DNA of 28,387 nt from Candidatus Eiseniibacteriota bacterium (lineage in GTDB: Bacteria; Eisenbacteria; RBG-16-71-46). The stretch spans positions 1 through 28,387 of the forward strand of contig CAVSAC010000007.1 of NCBI GenBank assembly GCA_963725865.1, read 5' to 3'. Position numbers and translations under genes: made by a program. Below are positions 28,174-28,387 of this stretch, piece after piece (within the stretch, counting starts at the first letter, position 1; each line of letters opens with the position of its first letter). The notes beneath the pieces were generated by a model. That model worked only from the letters and a program-made list of their open reading frames with translations, had not been told where the DNA came from and did no database searches.

Positions 28174-28387
28174 GGACCCCCCAAGCTGAAAATCCTGCCG
28201 CATACGCAAGGAGCAGCGGCAATGAAACGGGGGTAGCGTGATAAGGCGCCAGATTGGTCAACAAGTCGTAAAAATGCGCCGCGCAACCGCTACCTGAACA
28301 CCGTCGCGGAGTCCCCGCTGCAAATTTTTTCAACCGGAAGGCGTCATTGCCAGCGCTGATGGTAAATCACGTCGTGACGACGATAGG

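Overview
This is very GC-rich bacterial DNA with many single-base indels in essential genes, consistent with an uncorrected or poorly polished long-read sequence. Several CDS boundaries below are therefore reconstructed across frames. The lineage is possibly an FCB-group or related candidate phylum such as Ca. Eisenbacteria, which is inference only. The core is the minus-strand origin-linked cluster rpmH-rnpA-yidD-yidC-jag(khpB)-mnmE-[orphan]-mnmG-rsmG-parA-parB, with two parS sites. It continues into bactofilin, a twin aspartyl protease-PDZ gene, an EamA transporter and ribA. dnaA is absent from its usual position next to rpmH. The left end holds a TonB-dependent receptor 3' end, lexA with a palindromic TGCAC-N4-GTGCA operator, and a stand-alone IS200-like Y1 (HUH) transposase homologue. 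That homologue has a second copy of the operator upstream and no catalytic tyrosine, so it may be a domesticated SOS-regulated protein. The right side holds a HEAT-repeat/HD-GYP pair with a similar N-terminal domain, a convergent GAF histidine kinase, a GT-C-like membrane protein, an esterase, a candidate ~245-nt ncRNA with an internal 16-nt direct repeat, and an MFS-like gene. That gene is cut at ~27861 by an apparent chimeric junction to lower-GC DNA.
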